A stretch of 64,000 bases of DNA from the human T2T-CHM13v2.0 reference genome, Homo sapiens: the NCBI RefSeq assembly GCF_009914755.1, contig NC_060930.1; one strand, 5' to 3'. Shown one piece after another: positions 14,270 through 35,110 of the stretch. Each line of letters opens with the position of its first letter. Position 1 is the first letter of the stretch. A program made the translations under genes and the position numbers. Below the pieces are notes generated by a model. The model saw only the letters and a program-made list of their open reading frames with translations, searched no databases and was not told where the DNA came from.

Positions 14270-14869
14270 TAAAAAAGAAAACATTGCTAGAAGCTTATAT
14301 ATGTTAGTCCCGTAAAATATTATATTTTATTCTTTTTCTTGGAACTTTTGAATTAAACCATGCATTAATGTGATTGAGACTACATATGGGAAATGGATTT
14401 GTTTCCTGCATAGTCAGATGAATTACTTAAAAAACGTTGTTATGATTTAAAACTAGTACAACAAAAGAAAACTGTAAAAAAGTGGTATTTAAAATTCCCT
14501 ACAAATGTATCACAGAAAGACAATTGTTCATATTTTGCTACTTTAAAAAATGTTTTTCATTCACATTGTATATACTTTAGATGACATAAATATAAAATAT
14601 ATCCTACTTTCTTCACATACTACCACAGCAGAAGCTTATGCAGCTATTATCACATCTCTATAGATGGAATTTAATGCCTAAAATATTTTATCATTTATAT
14701 AGCTATTCTATATTGTTAAATATCTAGATTTTTCCAATATTTCATTATGCTTTGCTCATATTTATTCATATATTTTTAAGTTTAACTCCCAAATTTACTG
14801 AGCTATGACCATTACTGGGTTTCCAGAAATAAATTATCATTTGCCTAAGTTATATGCTATTATAAGTAA

Positions 14870-15110
14870 CAATTATTGTTTCCTATATGCTAGATAATAT
14901 TTAAGTGCTTTATATATGATCATCACAAGAACAATATAATGTTGATTTTGTCATCATTTGCATTTCAGACATGCAGAAACTGTGGCACAAATATGTGAAA
15001 TGTTCAAGGCTGGACAGAGTACAGGTGGTGGAGCTAAGGTTTGAAAGAAGGGAATCTGGTCTTGGGTTCTGGAATCTGGTCCTGGATTCTGGATGCTTCT
15101 ACATGATGCT
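14870..15110 (-). mobile_element. MIR fragment
   Basis: taagtgctttatatat...tttcagacatgcagaaactgtggcaca...ggtggagctaaggtttgaa. Confidence 0.6.
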
Positions 15111-15169
15111 ACATTCCCTTTTCCATTTCACGTCATCTACATCATTAAAAAAACTGCTAACTGAATGAG

Positions 15170-15625
15170 TTAAAATAACACACAGCTCATTCAATAAATT
15201 ACTTATAAATTACTGAGTACACTATATATTATGTGAAATGCAATAAGTGCTAGATACAAAAGCAACATTAGAATAGGGTACAGGGACTAAAGACCTAGAG
15301 GGGATGACAGTTTGAAGTATTCGAGTAGGGAAGCTTTAAGCAAAGAATGCATGAGGGGACTGGCCAAGGGGACTGGCCAAGGCTGGAGGGGGGCAGAAGG
15401 AATGTCTTGAGGGAAGATCCTGAGACTAGAATGTGCTTAGTGAGTGTGAGAAACAGTAAGAACGCTCAAGTGGGTGAGATAGAGGAAAGTGAAGGAAACT
15501 TGTAGACGTCAGAGTATAAACGCATGGCAGATTATGAAGGGTCTTGTAGGCCACTGGTAGGACCTAGGCTTTCACGCTGAGTGAATTTGGAGAGGATTGC
15601 AGGTTTCTGATCTGACTTACTGATT
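15170..15625 (-). mobile_element. L2 fragment
   Basis: cattcaataaattactta; gcagattatgaagggtcttgtaggccactggtaggacctaggctttcacgctgagtgaa. Confidence 0.65.
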
Positions 15626-16664
15626 TTACTTGCATATCTTTGATTCCTCATGAGGTTGACTATTTTGTTCTTAAATGTAATTTATTTACCTGTTTTATGA
15701 AACACGTGAAATTTTGAAATTTATTTTGTTGACTTTGAGTGAGGTTTTCTTTTTTGCCCACAACATAAAGCAATTCTGGGTAACTTACGCTGACAATGTC
15801 AAAGGTATTAATGTAATAGAAAGTAATTCACAGATTCAGGCAGAGTGGAATAATAATCACGGCTCAGGGTAGATGGGAACCAGGGTAGCTCTAAGAATCT
15901 CAGAACTGGAGACTAGAAGCATTATATGTCATAACCCCAAATGCCTTCCACTACCTACAAGTCTCAGAAGACAGTCCAATTGCCTTATATGAGGCCACCT
16001 TTTTAATCATGGTTTGGATGCCAGGACTGGTAGCTTACCAGAAACATGGAAGTAGAAATGGGGTTAGTTTCCCAGAAAAAGACATATGAGGTAGACAAAA
16101 AAAAAACTGTCTAATATAAAACCTAGTGTTATTAAATGTTGATTTCCAAGAGATATGTGCCAAGAGTGTTAATCATTTATTTAGCATATGTGTTGCAGCA
16201 TGACAGTTTATAGGTATTCTCGTGCGTCTTTATCATGTGGGGATATAAAATGTAATTTATTATCTCATAACTAACATAGACGGTTTACAAAAATACTATT
16301 TTATCCAAAGCTTTGATTACAGTCAGGAAGTTTTCTTTTATAAAGTGTCCTTGAAAATGATGTACGATGGTGGATTTACAACTGTATAATTATAGGATAA
16401 TTGGATAATGACTTAGAAGTCTGTTTCACCCTTGCTGTAGTTGGTAGATATTAATTTTTCTGACTTGGCTATCGAAATGCTTTGAACAAACCTTTCTAAA
16501 TTATTATTAAGCCTATATTTTATCAACATAATTTACATTTTACAAGACACTTAAAACTTATTTCATCTCATATGAACCAGAGATATTTGACGCCGGCAGT
16601 CAGATGGTTTCATTGTTTTTCAATAGATAAAACGAGCACAGAGAGGACAAATTAAGAATGTGTT

Positions 16665-16757
16665 AGTGAGGTTTCCCACAATATCTCCAGTGACTGGCAT
16701 GGGGCATGCAAGCGGTAGGTTTTCTGTAAATATTTGTTGAACAAACAAATGAATCAA
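16665..16757 (+). mobile_element. L2 3' terminus
   Basis: gtaaatatttgttgaacaaacaaatgaat. Confidence 0.6.
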
Positions 16758-19177
16758 TCTCACCAGGCTGCCCAGTGCCTACAAAATTAGAATCTTTGTA
16801 AGCATTTTCACAAACCTTATCATATCTTCTCATCCATACTCAGAACTTCCTCTGTTTTCCAATAAAAGTACAGAAGCAATTAGACTGAAAATAAATACAT
16901 AAACTAGTTTTATCACATTAGCCATGAATTTTAAATTCATGAACAGAGAACTTCTAGGTAGAGCAGTGATGCTATATTCAGGCAATATTTCTCAGCACAT
17001 ATGAACGTTGGGGAATATAATAAGTCTTTGTCAGGTTGTTTTTGCTTGTTAATTTGTTTGTTTAACTTTCCCAGAAATCAATCCTTAACCAAAGAGGGAT
17101 AGTCTCAAAATGCACTGCTTTCTACCTCTCACCTTCACTGTGAAAGACAATACCAGCCATCTCTCCAGCTGACTCTCTCAATAATGTTTTCCCAGATGTG
17201 AAATTCTCATCAATGAACTGTGGAAGTGTGTTAGATCCCCTTACATTTTTCTTTTTTTGGAAAAATTGAAGATGCACAACTTTTAAGTAAGATGATATGA
17301 GTACTTTCCATTTTATTTCTACTGGACTTCAATGATAGTAATCCTGCCAGAACAAATCCAGTTCACATTATATTTTAATTTAATTGAATCTACTCAGCTA
17401 GCTTGGTGTGCTTAATATTGCTCTACCAACCCAGAGATGAGTCTGTGAGTACCCTAAAGAGAATTCCAGAAATTCAGTTCTGCTGAAGGACACAGGATAT
17501 CTCTTTCACTGACTCCTACCTTCTGTTAGAAAAATTCTCACTCTGTCACAGTATTCTGTGATCTTTCTGGGTTCTGCTTTTTTGAGGCCATTACCAACCG
17601 ATATGGGACTTTACTCTCTGACTTAGGTTTAATTTTTAGTTTCTCCCTGAAGGGTGCCTAAAAAGTGATCTTCAGATCAATCCTTGTAGATTCAATGCCA
17701 GCTTTTAATCCATCACTGAACCCAATCTGAGTTAGACATCTAACCTCTGACATGATCTTCAAGAAATTTAAGACTTTGTGTTTGCACAATAATTTATACA
17801 TATCTTACATCGGAGAAAAGGAAGTGGTGTCATCAAGGACGTCTTGTACATCAGACGCTTTAGAGAGAAACTTTTATGTAATCCTTGCATTACTGAGAGT
17901 CGATAATGTCCACATTTTATCAAAAGGATACAGGCATAGAAAAATTATTGAACCCAAGACCACTATTTAAAAATTATAGCAACTGCAATTAGACTTAAGC
18001 TGTAGAACCACAGAACCAATGCTCCTACTGTCCAAATATGACATAAACTTTGAGAAAAGACAATTCTGAGAAGAAAGTTTGTTTTCCAGTGCCTTCAGCC
18101 TTGCAATGCTGCCTCTTTCCTTTCTTTACAGGACCTAATTTTTGTTGTACTGAACACACTTTGACATCTGCTTCAGGAAGATCTAATAACCTAATTTAAA
18201 TATAAGCCAAGAAATACTAATGCAATGCATGGCCTTTTCCAAGAGCTTTTAAATTATAATGAATTAACTACATCCTCAATAAAAGGAGCATGTACAAATT
18301 CTAAATTTATGCATTTTATACTTAGGGTAGGAGATATTTTGTTAGTGGAAATAGAGTATTCTTGAAATTGAATCATAGAGGCATATCAAGCACTCTGTGT
18401 TTGATAAAAGTAGTGCTGACCCTATCCACAAATAACTGTACCATCGTAGATGAGTATTTCATTATAGCATGGCTAGGTGTTCTATGCATTCAAATGCACA
18501 CAATATCAAGAAGTCTGTCTCAAATGCATTTTAGTAAGTTATTATGTAATTAACTAAACTGAATTCATAAAATAATCCCTGAAGCAAAAGTTCATATTCA
18601 ATTCTTATAAAATGTATTTTTCTCAGTATGAGCATTACCAATGCCTCCACTATAAGCTTGAGAGAGTCTCCTTATTGTTAATACCGTCTGGCCTCTAACA
18701 TTTACAAATTTGATGTAATATCTTGAGTTTAACACTGATTTTTTTTCTCATAATTCTCATTTAACCAGCTCTACATAAATTTAAGAAAATATAATTCTAT
18801 CTTAGACAGACCTTTTCCTCAGCCTGTGTTGATTTTGATCTTAGCATCATGGAGCCAGGCTCGTATATTCCAGAAAGGGTTTTTTTTTTTTTTAACAAAA
18901 TCATTTATGTAAAATAGATACAGAACAAGATACTGAATTTTAAAATTCTAAATTTATCTTGCTAAGTTAAAAATAGAATATCAATTGATAATGATATGAT
19001 TTATAATTGTCTATAATATTATATTTTAAAAAGGCATGTAAGACCATATTCAGGCCATACTAGAAACATTGATAATTCTAGTCTCAAAAGACATCATTCC
19101 AAAAGAGAATTGTAGTTTTCAATGTTACCAATTAAGATTATCATTCCTGGCTTAATGATAAAACTTCTGAAAGATGG

Positions 19178-20505
19178 TTCTTTATTATACTTTTAAGTTC
19201 TGGGGTACATGTGCAGAACGCGCAGGTTTGTTACATAGGTATACACGTGCCATGGTGGTTTGCTGCACCCATCAACCCGTCATCTATACTAGGTATTTCT
19301 CCTAATGCTATTCCTCCCCTAGTCCCCCACCCCCCAACAGGCCCTGGTGTGTGATGTTCCCCTCCCTGCATTGTTCGACTCCCACTTATGAGTGAGAACA
19401 TGCGGTGTTTGGGTTTCTGTTCTTGTGTTGTTTGCTGGAAATGATGGTTTCCAGCTTCATCCATGTCCCTGGCAAAGGACATGAACTCATCCTTTTTTAT
19501 GGTTGCATAGCATTCCATGGTGTATATGTGCCACATTATCTTTATCCAGTCTATCATTGATGGGCATTTAGGTTGGTTCCATGTCTTTGCTATCATGAAC
19601 AGTGCTGTAATAAATATAGGTGTGCATGTGTCTTAATAATAGAATAATTTATAATCCTTTGAATTATATACCCAGTAATGGGATTGCTGGGTCAAATAGT
19701 ATTTCTGGTTTTAGATCCTTAAGGAATTGCCACACTGTCTTCCACAATGGATGAACTAATTTACACTCCCACCAACAGTGTAAAAGCGTTCCTATTTCTC
19801 CACATCTTCTCCACCATCTGTTGTTTCCTGACTTTTTAATGACCGCCATTCTAACTGGCATGAGATGGTATCTCATTGAGGTTTTGATTTGCATTTCTCT
19901 AATGACCAGTGATGATGAGCTTTTTTTTCATGTTTGTTGGCGACTTAAATGTCATCTTTTGAGAAGTGTCTGTTCATATCCTTCGCCCACTTTTTGATGT
20001 GGTTGTTTTTTTTCTTGTAAATTTGTTTAAATTCTTTGTAGATTCTGGATATTAGCCCTTTGTCAGATGGATAGATTGCATCAATTCTCTCCCATTCTGT
20101 AGGTTGCCTGTTCACTCTGATGATAGTTGTTTTTTTTTTTTCTGTGCAGAAGCTCTTTAGTTTAATTAGATCCCATTCCCATGTGTCAATTTTGGCTTTG
20201 TTTGCCATTGCTTTTGGTGTTTTTGTCTTGAAGTCTTTGCCCATGCCTATGTCCTGAATGGTATTGCCTAGGTTTTCTTCTAGGGTTTTTATGGTTTTAG
20301 GTCTTACAGTTAAGTCTTTAGTCCATCTTGAGTTAATTTTTGTACAAGGTGTAAGAAACGGGTCCAGTTTCAGTTTTCTCCATATGGCTAGCCAGTTTTC
20401 CCAACACCATTTATTAAATAGGGAATCCTTTCCCCATTTCTTGTTTTTGTCAGATTTGTCAAAGATCAGATGGTTGTAGATGTGTGGTATTATTTCTGAG
20501 GCCTC
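19178..20505 (-). mobile_element. L1PA (PA7/8-like) 3' 1.3 kb, 5'-truncated
   Basis: L1PA 3'UTR (ggtacatgtgcagaac...tgctgcacccatcaacccgtcatc); ORF2 C-terminal peptides in ORF track ([21 protein letters not shown]). Confidence 0.95.
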
Positions 20506-20712
20506 CCGATGGAGTGAATTCTCCTGCCTCAGCCTCCTGAGTAGCTAGGATTACAGGTGCCCACCACCGTGCCCAGCTCATTTTTTTATTTTCAATAGAG
20601 ACGGTGTTTTGCCATGTTGGCCAGGCTGGTTTCAAACTCCTGACCTCAGGTGATCTGCCCTCTTTGGCCTCCCAAAGTGCTGGGATTACAGGCATGAGCC
20701 ACCACCCCTGGT
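20501..20712 (-). mobile_element. AluS fragment lacking its 3' part and tail, fused to L1PA
   Basis: Left monomer, linker and partial right monomer only. Confidence 0.9.
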
Positions 20713-20989
20713 TGGTATTTTCATTTTTAAACCAGTAATAATAGGGCTTGACATTTTTTGCAAGAATCTATTTATAAAGCCAACCCTAATACTCTGCAAA
20801 TAAATCAAAATGGCTCCATTTTGATAAGCCCTTTAAGTAAGTTATTTCACAAAAAAATTATCAAATATATTTCAGCAATTAGCTGATCAAAGTCCCACTT
20901 AGAGGCACAGCATGAATTAAAACTTTTAATTTTACAATTCTATGTATAAAATAAAATTTAAAAACTCTATATACTATATGATTTCTACT

Positions 20990-21488
20990 GAGGTAGATTG
21001 TTTGTATTAAGGGCCCACCTTAATGGTTTTCATGAATCAAAGTCCTTTGCCTTGTAGCTCTATAGTTCCTTCTCATGCTGACTCCTGGCTGGTCCACGGG
21101 CTTGCTTTGGCAATTAATGTTAGCACATACAATGATAGCAGAGGCTTGAATTTGACTTGAGCATTTCTACTTTCTCTTCTGGACCCCTGCCACTATCACA
21201 AGAATGTGCTCAGCTAGCCTCCTAGAGTACTGTGAGAGACATGTGGAAGAGCGCTCAATTGCCCAGCAAAGGCCATCTTAAAACAGCGTGCCCCCAGCCT
21301 ACCACACCAACTACCTGCAGATGCATGGGAGAACCCAGCCAGTCTCAGTCAGTCCTGGCTCAGATTAGCAGAGCAAGTCTGCTAACCCATAAAGCTATGA
21401 GAAATAATATACATTGGCCATTGTAAACAACTAATTTTTCATGTGGTTTGTTATGCAGCATTACTGAAGTGATAAATAATTGATACAT
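20990..21488 (+). mobile_element. MLT1 (F/G/H-like) solo LTR
   Basis: tgaggtagattg start; tttgttatgcagcattact...aattgataca end. Confidence 0.7.
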
Positions 21489-21623
21489 CTACTCTATACT
21501 TTTTCATTGCTTTTAAGAAAAAGGGATTGCTTCATAATTATTATCATCATCAGCGGCATCATTATTATTAAATTTCCACATAATCTATGCCAATGCTCTT
21601 GACCTTGGCTATTTGGGATAGGT

Positions 21624-21830
21624 ACAAAGTATTTTTTAGACAAGGTGTGTACATTGTTTTTTCTAAGACCTAATGCCATTGGACACTTACCAGACTGTAG
21701 CAAGTAGAGTGTAAACATAACTTTTATATGCACTGGGAAACCAAAAAATCTGTGTGACTCACTTTATTGCAATATTCACTTTATTGCAATGGTCTAGCAC
21801 AAAACGTGCAATATCTCTGAGGTGTGCCTG
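21624..21830 (+). mobile_element. Tigger1 terminal fragment
   Basis: gcactgggaaaccaaaaaat...ctttattgcaatattcactttattgc...gcaatatctctgaggtgtgcctg followed by TA. Confidence 0.85.
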
Positions 21831-22076
21831 TACTAAATTCTGAAATGGCATGGTGGGAATGGCAAAGCTATAATAAGCTACTATTCTCTTAGAGCAATTT
21901 GCTTTTAAGTTTTTCATTATCTAAATAATTCTTCATTTCCTAAGCATTAGTATTATTTACAGTTTTATTTGAAAAGGACTAAGACAATTTATTATGGTCC
22001 TAATTTTTTGTGATATTAAATGAGTAACCAGTATATTTCTATGACAAGACTTTCTGCATGCCTTTAGGATTGCAGC

Positions 22077-22132
22077 TTCAGATAGTCTACAGTTCAGATA
22101 GTCTACAGTTAAAATAGTCTACAGTTCTGATA
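22077..22132. repeat. 16-bp tandem repeat, ~3.5 copies
   Basis: (gatagtctacagttca)-like units. Confidence 0.85.
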
Positions 22133-22789
22133 GATAGAAATAGAAGTCTGTAGTGTTTTACTTTTTTTTTTTTCATTTGTGGAAAAGATTTAAAGCTCCA
22201 GGGAGGCTTTTCACTATTAAATCTTTTACTAAACAAAAGAAAGAGAAAAAAAAAGTATATCTCATGGACTGTCAAGAGTGCACAAATAGATTGTAGTTAT
22301 GAGGTTAATGTGTCATTTTATACATTTCCCCAGACCCTGGTAGTGGAGTGACTTAAAGAGTGTGATATTGTCATAAAGGGACAGTGAACAAAAACAAAGA
22401 CAAACAACAAATAAGAAAACTCTTCCTCATCTTTTTCTCTGAACAGACTGCCTTATTATAATGTATGAATACCATCAGAAATGCTTAAATAAATGCTGGA
22501 AGCACTAACAGCTTTTCAGAAAGTGCAGAGAAATGCTCATCACTACCCATGAAATTCTATTCAATATTTTGTTTTGTTTTGCTCTGAAGAATCAGCTCAA
22601 CAGAGCAAAGAAATCTGAAACCATTGTGAACTCAGCCCAAAGTAATCTTTACTCTTCTGCTTGTTCTTAGACACAGTGAACTGATGCAAATTGAGTACAT
22701 GACTGGGAATGAATACTTGCAACATATTACAAACATAAGACTCATGTGATTTCAAATCATCAAGAAAACACAGCACAATGGACATATGA

Positions 22790-23330
22790 TGAAAACAGGT
22801 AATTCAAAAGAAAATATAATATAAATGGCTAATCAGTATGTGTAAGCATTCAGTCTAATAGTAATCAGACAAATTTAAAAGAAAAATGTAGTATAATATT
22901 TTACCCATTTAAGAAACCACACAATTTATCTTTGAGAATATTGAAGAGGCTTCAGGAAACTGATCCTGCCCTCAATATAATTGGGCAAAGCCACTTTGGA
23001 AGGCAACATAAAAGTTCATTACAATTAAAATGAGCACACTGTATGATTCCAATATTCCTCTCTCTCCACTAGAAAAACCTTTCCACTTTTCCACAGGAAG
23101 GCATATATAAGGGTGTTGATTTTTTTCACATATTGTAGTAATAAATAATAAAATAATTTGGATGCCCATCGCTGGAGAAATGACTAAAATTGTCAATGTT
23201 CATATTACGGTATTATAGTCACAAGAAAAAAACGGAAGCACATTTCTTGTGAACCAAAATGGAAAAGATAAATAACATGTACTGTTGGGTGAACAAGCAG
23301 ATTTTGTACTTCAATAACTGATAATACAAT
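22790..23330 (+). mobile_element. Degenerate old L1M 3' fragment
   Basis: gccactttggaaggcaac...tatgattccaatattcctctc. Confidence 0.5.
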
Positions 23331-23629
23331 AGTCAGATATATCCAGAAAAAAGGCAGTTGTGTACAGAACATTTAGAAATGCTGGATGAATTACTATAAA
23401 CATGCTTAAATGCAAAACAGGATTCCAAAGAAAGTAAATAAATTCTGCAGAGCAAAAGCAAAAGCAAAACAAAACAAATTAGAAACAAAAGCAAACAAGC
23501 AAAGAAAACAAAATAAAAAACATGCAACCTGAGTGGTAAACTTATACAAAAAATGCAGTTTCATGGTGGCATTTTTGGATATGTATAAGCAAAAGGCTTG
23601 CACTGGGTAGTTTTTGTTTGTTTTTTGCT

Positions 23630-27866
<4,237 letters not shown>

Positions 27867-27869
27867 GTA

Positions 27870-29945
27870 AATATTGGTAAACATGTAAGTAGATCTAAAC
27901 AAATATCAACTGTATAAAATGGTAATAGTAATGTTTAATTCAATAAGAAAAAATAATCTGGAAACAAAATTCCAGAATAAAATAATTTGTTTTTTTGGAT
28001 AGATATAATTAGAGCTAAGCATGCTAAGTTCTTATGATATTTGGGAAGAAAGTAAAGATATTGATTAAAATTAGAATGTGGTTAAATATAACTATTATTT
28101 TTAATCATAATGACCCAAACTAGCAATTGCATATAATTTTAAATTACTAGAGGTAAGCAAATTTTTAAAAAAATTTAAGGAAAAAAAAACAGGTAGGAGA
28201 AAAACAAGATACCTTGAAACAGAGAAATAAAAAGCATAATATAAAATGAAAAGAAAAAAATTACACATATGTACAATCTCAATAAATATAAATGGATTGA
28301 ACTTGTCAATTAATGTAACAGCTATCCATATCTGTTATAATTACCATGTTTGTATTTACATTGTACAAATTTACAATGTAAGGACATAAAAGGTTTGAAT
28401 TTTAAGGTTGGAAAATTATATTTCAGATGAATACCAAATAAGAGGAAGCATGTCTCAAAAATAGAGTTTATAAGCCAAAAGGCAGTATTAGGGAAAAATT
28501 CAATATACTAGGATATATATATACACATATATATATAATAATTCAAAACTGGCATTCACTTAATAAAATAGCCTCAAAGTATTAGAAGCAAAAATTGACA
28601 AAAGTATGAGGTAATTTATTAATCTATGCAGAAAACTATTACATATTTTCTCATTCAGTAATTGATAGAACAGTTAGATAAATAGTATGGTTAAGGAATA
28701 TTTGAACAACACATGAACAAAGTTTTATCTGAAAATCATATCTAGAGGAATATATAATTAATGACTTAAAAATATTTTTTCCCCAAGCTCACATGAATAT
28801 ATGTAAAATCTGATCATGTGTAATGCTGTGAATTCCAATCTCAACAAATTTCAGAGTATCATCCTGAACACATTTTTTTACTTAAATGCATCTAAGTGAG
28901 CAAGTATTTAAAAACATGAATACAAAAACACTATTTGTTTGCAGCTCATAACCTATTTCTAAATAATTAATTGGTCAATGAAAAAGCAATCACTAAAATT
29001 GGGAAATAATCAAAATAGGACAAAAGTAAATATATATCAAAACTTGTGGGAAGCAGGTAAAGTGGTATTTAGATATTTACAAACTCGAATGCATGCATTA
29101 GTAAGAAAGACAAAGTTAATGTTATTAACATCCAACTTTAGAAGGTTAAATATGCCCAAGAAAGTAGAAGGAATAATATAAAACAGAAAATGTATACCAA
29201 AATTAACGAAAAATAAATATTTAACATAGAATATTGCCAAAACCAAAATTTGATTATTTGAACAAATCAACAAATTAGGTAAATTTCTGGCAATATAGCT
29301 AAAGGAAAAAAGAAAGCTCATGTAAAAAAAATAAATTAAAAGGCAAACAGTTGTAGAGAAGTTGCAAATGAAACACAATTATAACTATATGAACTACTTT
29401 ATTCAAATATAATTGAGAGGCAGAATAAATAGACAATTTTCTCTAAAACTTTAACTTACTAAGATGAATTTTAAAATATATGGGAAATCTAAACAGAACA
29501 TAGCCCCAAAATATAATGAGTCATTTTAAAACATCTAAAAAACAGATATAAAAATAGGAAAAAAAAACTATGCAAAGATGTATATACATATATGAGCAAG
29601 CTTTACTAAGCATTTAACAGATAATCACAGCCTCATACATCTTCAAGAAAACTGTTTCAGAAAAAAGAAGATAAAAACAATTTGAGAAATAAAAAGTGCT
29701 GTCTTTCACATAGATGCAAAATATAAAAACAAAAATTTGCCACACTAAATCCAGCAGTTCTAAAAATTATACATCATAAGCAAATATTATCACGAGAGAT
29801 AAAAGGTAGCTTAAGTTTAGAAAATTTGCTATAATTCACATAGTATTTTATAATCATCTCTATTGAGGCAGAATAGCCATTTAATTCAATTTAATATTCA
29901 TGTATAATTTTAAGAGCTGTTAGTCATAAGGAAATGAAAATTAAA
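27870..29945 (+). mobile_element. Highly degraded L1M (inter-ORF/ORF2 5')
   Basis: A-rich; YQNLWEAGK peptide resembles ORF2 YQNLWD. Confidence 0.7.
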
Positions 29946-29959
29946 ATTCCAATGAGGAA

Positions 29960-30150
29960 AAACATATAAGAAGTTTAAATAAAAAGGGACTCCGTATTAC
30001 TGATGTTTCCTTTCACCTCCAACTTCACTATGGCTCTACACAGCACTGTGATTGTTCTCGTCATTATTAAAATGTTCATATTTGTTCATCATTGATTTTT
30101 TTGGCATTAATTTTAATTTTTAAAAATATTGCATTAAATATTTTTTAAAA
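29960..30150. mobile_element. hAT-type MITE fragment (MER96B-like)
   Basis: ttggcattaattttaatttttaaaaatattgcattaaa; resembles the element near 39000. Confidence 0.4.
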
Positions 30151-30159
30151 TCCCAATGA

Positions 30160-32445
<2,286 letters not shown>

Positions 32446-33319
32446 AGGAGTATTTTCCAAACCACGAGTCTTGACATATTAATGTGTTATGAAAGTAATT
32501 TAATCGATTGTAATAATATAAAACTAAAATAGAAAAATCAGAATGTATTATGACTAAGAAAGTAAAGTATTGGCTTGTAAAGTTATAGTTCACCTATTTA
32601 TGTGCATGCATGTACTTTTGTGCTGAATCTTGATATCAATTGTGTTTCTTACCCTGAGTTGAAGTAAAAGAATCTGAAAGAACATCTTTTGTGGAATATC
32701 ACAAGTATGTTCAAGGACATATATAAAATAATGTTTTGGATAGAATTGATTTTTATAGCAAACAATTGACAACAATATAAAGTCTAACCACCAAAACAAT
32801 AAAACAAAATTATTGATTGTAATGTAGTCATAACATGTCCATATAACAGTGGTAGAGGGAACCAATTTTAGTTGAAGGTGGGGAAGTGGAAGGAGACAGA
32901 CAACGTAAAGGGTTGTTATATGTGTTAGGACAGTTTTGGTCTTTAACCTAAGAAGGATTGGAAATCTTTTGTTTGTAAATGATTGTGATGAGTATATGTG
33001 TGTGTATGGTGGTGTGCACTCACAAGGCAGTCAGGAGCTGATTAACATAATTTGATTTCTCATTGTAGGTGGGGCAAGTGTGGATGCAGGAGATCACTTT
33101 GTTAAGCCCAGTGGGAAATAATGGTAGATGGGAGGCTTAATAGCAGATATCTGAGTTAAACAACTAGGTGGTTGATAGGTAACATTCATTAAGATACGGG
33201 AAACTAAAAGAAAAGTATACTTGTTTTAGGTATTCTGAATTTTAGGTTATAGTTGGGACATACATACATAGTGTAAAGGGAACATAAGGGCCTGAGGGTT
33301 AGATTAGGGCTTGGCTTTA

Positions 33320-33615
33320 TAAAGTCATTCCTCAAGTGTCATCTTCTCAGTGAGGCCCTTTCTAACTAACTCAAATGAAAAGTCTCAACACAAACTCCAC
33401 CTTCCCCAATTTTTCTTCAACACTCTTATGACCACCAGGTCAATTCAACATACTAGAATTTATTTTGTTCATTGTTTGTCCTTCTCCAATAAAATGAAAG
33501 TGCAAGCAATCAAATATTTTGATTCACCTGTCTCCCACTTTGTCCCATTTACCTGGCACATGTTGTTACGCAACAAATAATCAGGAATGAAAGAATTAGT
33601 AAGTGAATAAATGAA
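33320..33615 (+). mobile_element. L2 3' fragment
   Basis: ctcaagtgtcatcttctcagtgaggcccttctaac...acctggcacatg...gtgaataaatgaa. Confidence 0.65.
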
Positions 33616-33799
33616 GCTGTGACATCACAGTAAATCTATCCCCCAGGAAACACTTTTAAGTGACAGTACAATTGACAGTTATTATTTAAATCTCAATGTT
33701 ATCTATCCTTTGTTTTTCCTGTTGCTACTCCCAAATTCTAAAAGGATGCACAGAAATGCACTACATTTTGACATTTTGTTACAAAACAAAACAAAAAAA

Positions 33800-34986
33800 A
33801 TGTTAACTAAAATAGACCATGGACTTAAATGAAAACATAAAACATTTAGAAAAATTTAGGATAACATTTTTGAAATCTAAGACTTGGTAACGAATTCTTA
33901 GGCATAACACCAAAAGCACAGTCTGTAAAAGAAAAAAACTGATCAATTTGACATCATCAAAATCAAAACCTTTTTTCTGCAAAGTACTTAGTTGAAAAGA
34001 TTTTAGAAAACAAACTACAGAGTAAGAGAAAATATTTGTGAATATGGCGAAGGACAAATATCTAGAACATATATATGTATGTATTTCTAAATTTAACAGT
34101 AGAAAATAGTCAATCCAACTAGAAAATAGGCAAAATATACAAAGAGTTCACCAAAGAAGAAAGGCAAATGACAAATAAGCATGAAAACATGTTCAACGTC
34201 ATCAGCTATTAAAGTGTGCAAATGAAAAGCACAATGCAGTATTTTTACACTCTTATCAGAATGGCTAAAAGAAAGTAGTGACAATTACCAAATGCTGGCA
34301 AAGATTTGCAGAAATTAGATCACTCATACATTGCTGGTGGAAACGGAAAACAATACTGTCACTCTGGAAAACCACCTGGCAGTTTCTTTAAAAACTAACC
34401 ATGCAACTGCCATACAACCTGGCATTTAAACATCTGGGCATTTATCCCAGGAATATGAAAATGTATATTAACACTAAAATATGTACCTAATTTACTTTTT
34501 ATTTGTAATAGGCCCAAATTGAGGATAATCCAAAGGGCCTTCAAGAGGTTAACACAGCTGTGGTACATTCAGCCATATAAAGGACAAAATACTAATCCAT
34601 GCAGCAACCTGGATGAATCTCCAGAGAATTATGGTGAATGGAAAAAAAAAAGCCAAACCAAAAAGTTACATGCTATATGACTCCTTTTACATGACATTTT
34701 TTAGATGACAAAATTATAGAAATGGAGAACACATTAGTGGTTGCCAGGGATTAAGGTTAAGAAGTCAGTGAAGGTGAGTGTGGATTGGGTGTGGCTATAA
34801 AAGGACCACATGAGAATGCTTGTCATGAACAATGTTCCATGTAATGTCAATATCTTGACTGTATACTGCACTATACATTTGCAAGATGTTGCCAATGCAG
34901 GAAGCTGGGTAAAGGGAACAAGATATCTCTCAGTACTATTTCTTATAACTTCATGTTGATTTATAATGATCTCAAAAAAGAAAGAA
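33800..34986 (+). mobile_element. L1MC/L1MD-type 3' end
   Basis: acaccaaaagcacagtc; cactcatacattgctggtgg; gcaacctggatgaatctccagagaattatg; ctgggtaaaggg. Confidence 0.85.
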
Positions 34987-35110
34987 ACTACATATGTGGT
35001 TTGCCTTTTTGGCTCACATTATATTATCTGTAAATTATAGTTATTTAAAAATAAATTATGGATAACAATGCATCTATATTAATCTATATCTATACTTATA
35101 TTTTTAATTA

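Noticed and set aside
18105-18190. Strong plus-strand acceptor-like ctctttcctttctttacag (~18130) and isolated donor cag/gtaagg (~37765)
   Set aside because: No paired splice site or open frame; cannot support an exon from sequence alone.
22077-22132. Short tandem repeats (also 15355-15382, 38719-38757, 60442-60463, 61715-61770)
   Set aside because: Ordinary 2-3 copy slippage duplications with no sign of function.
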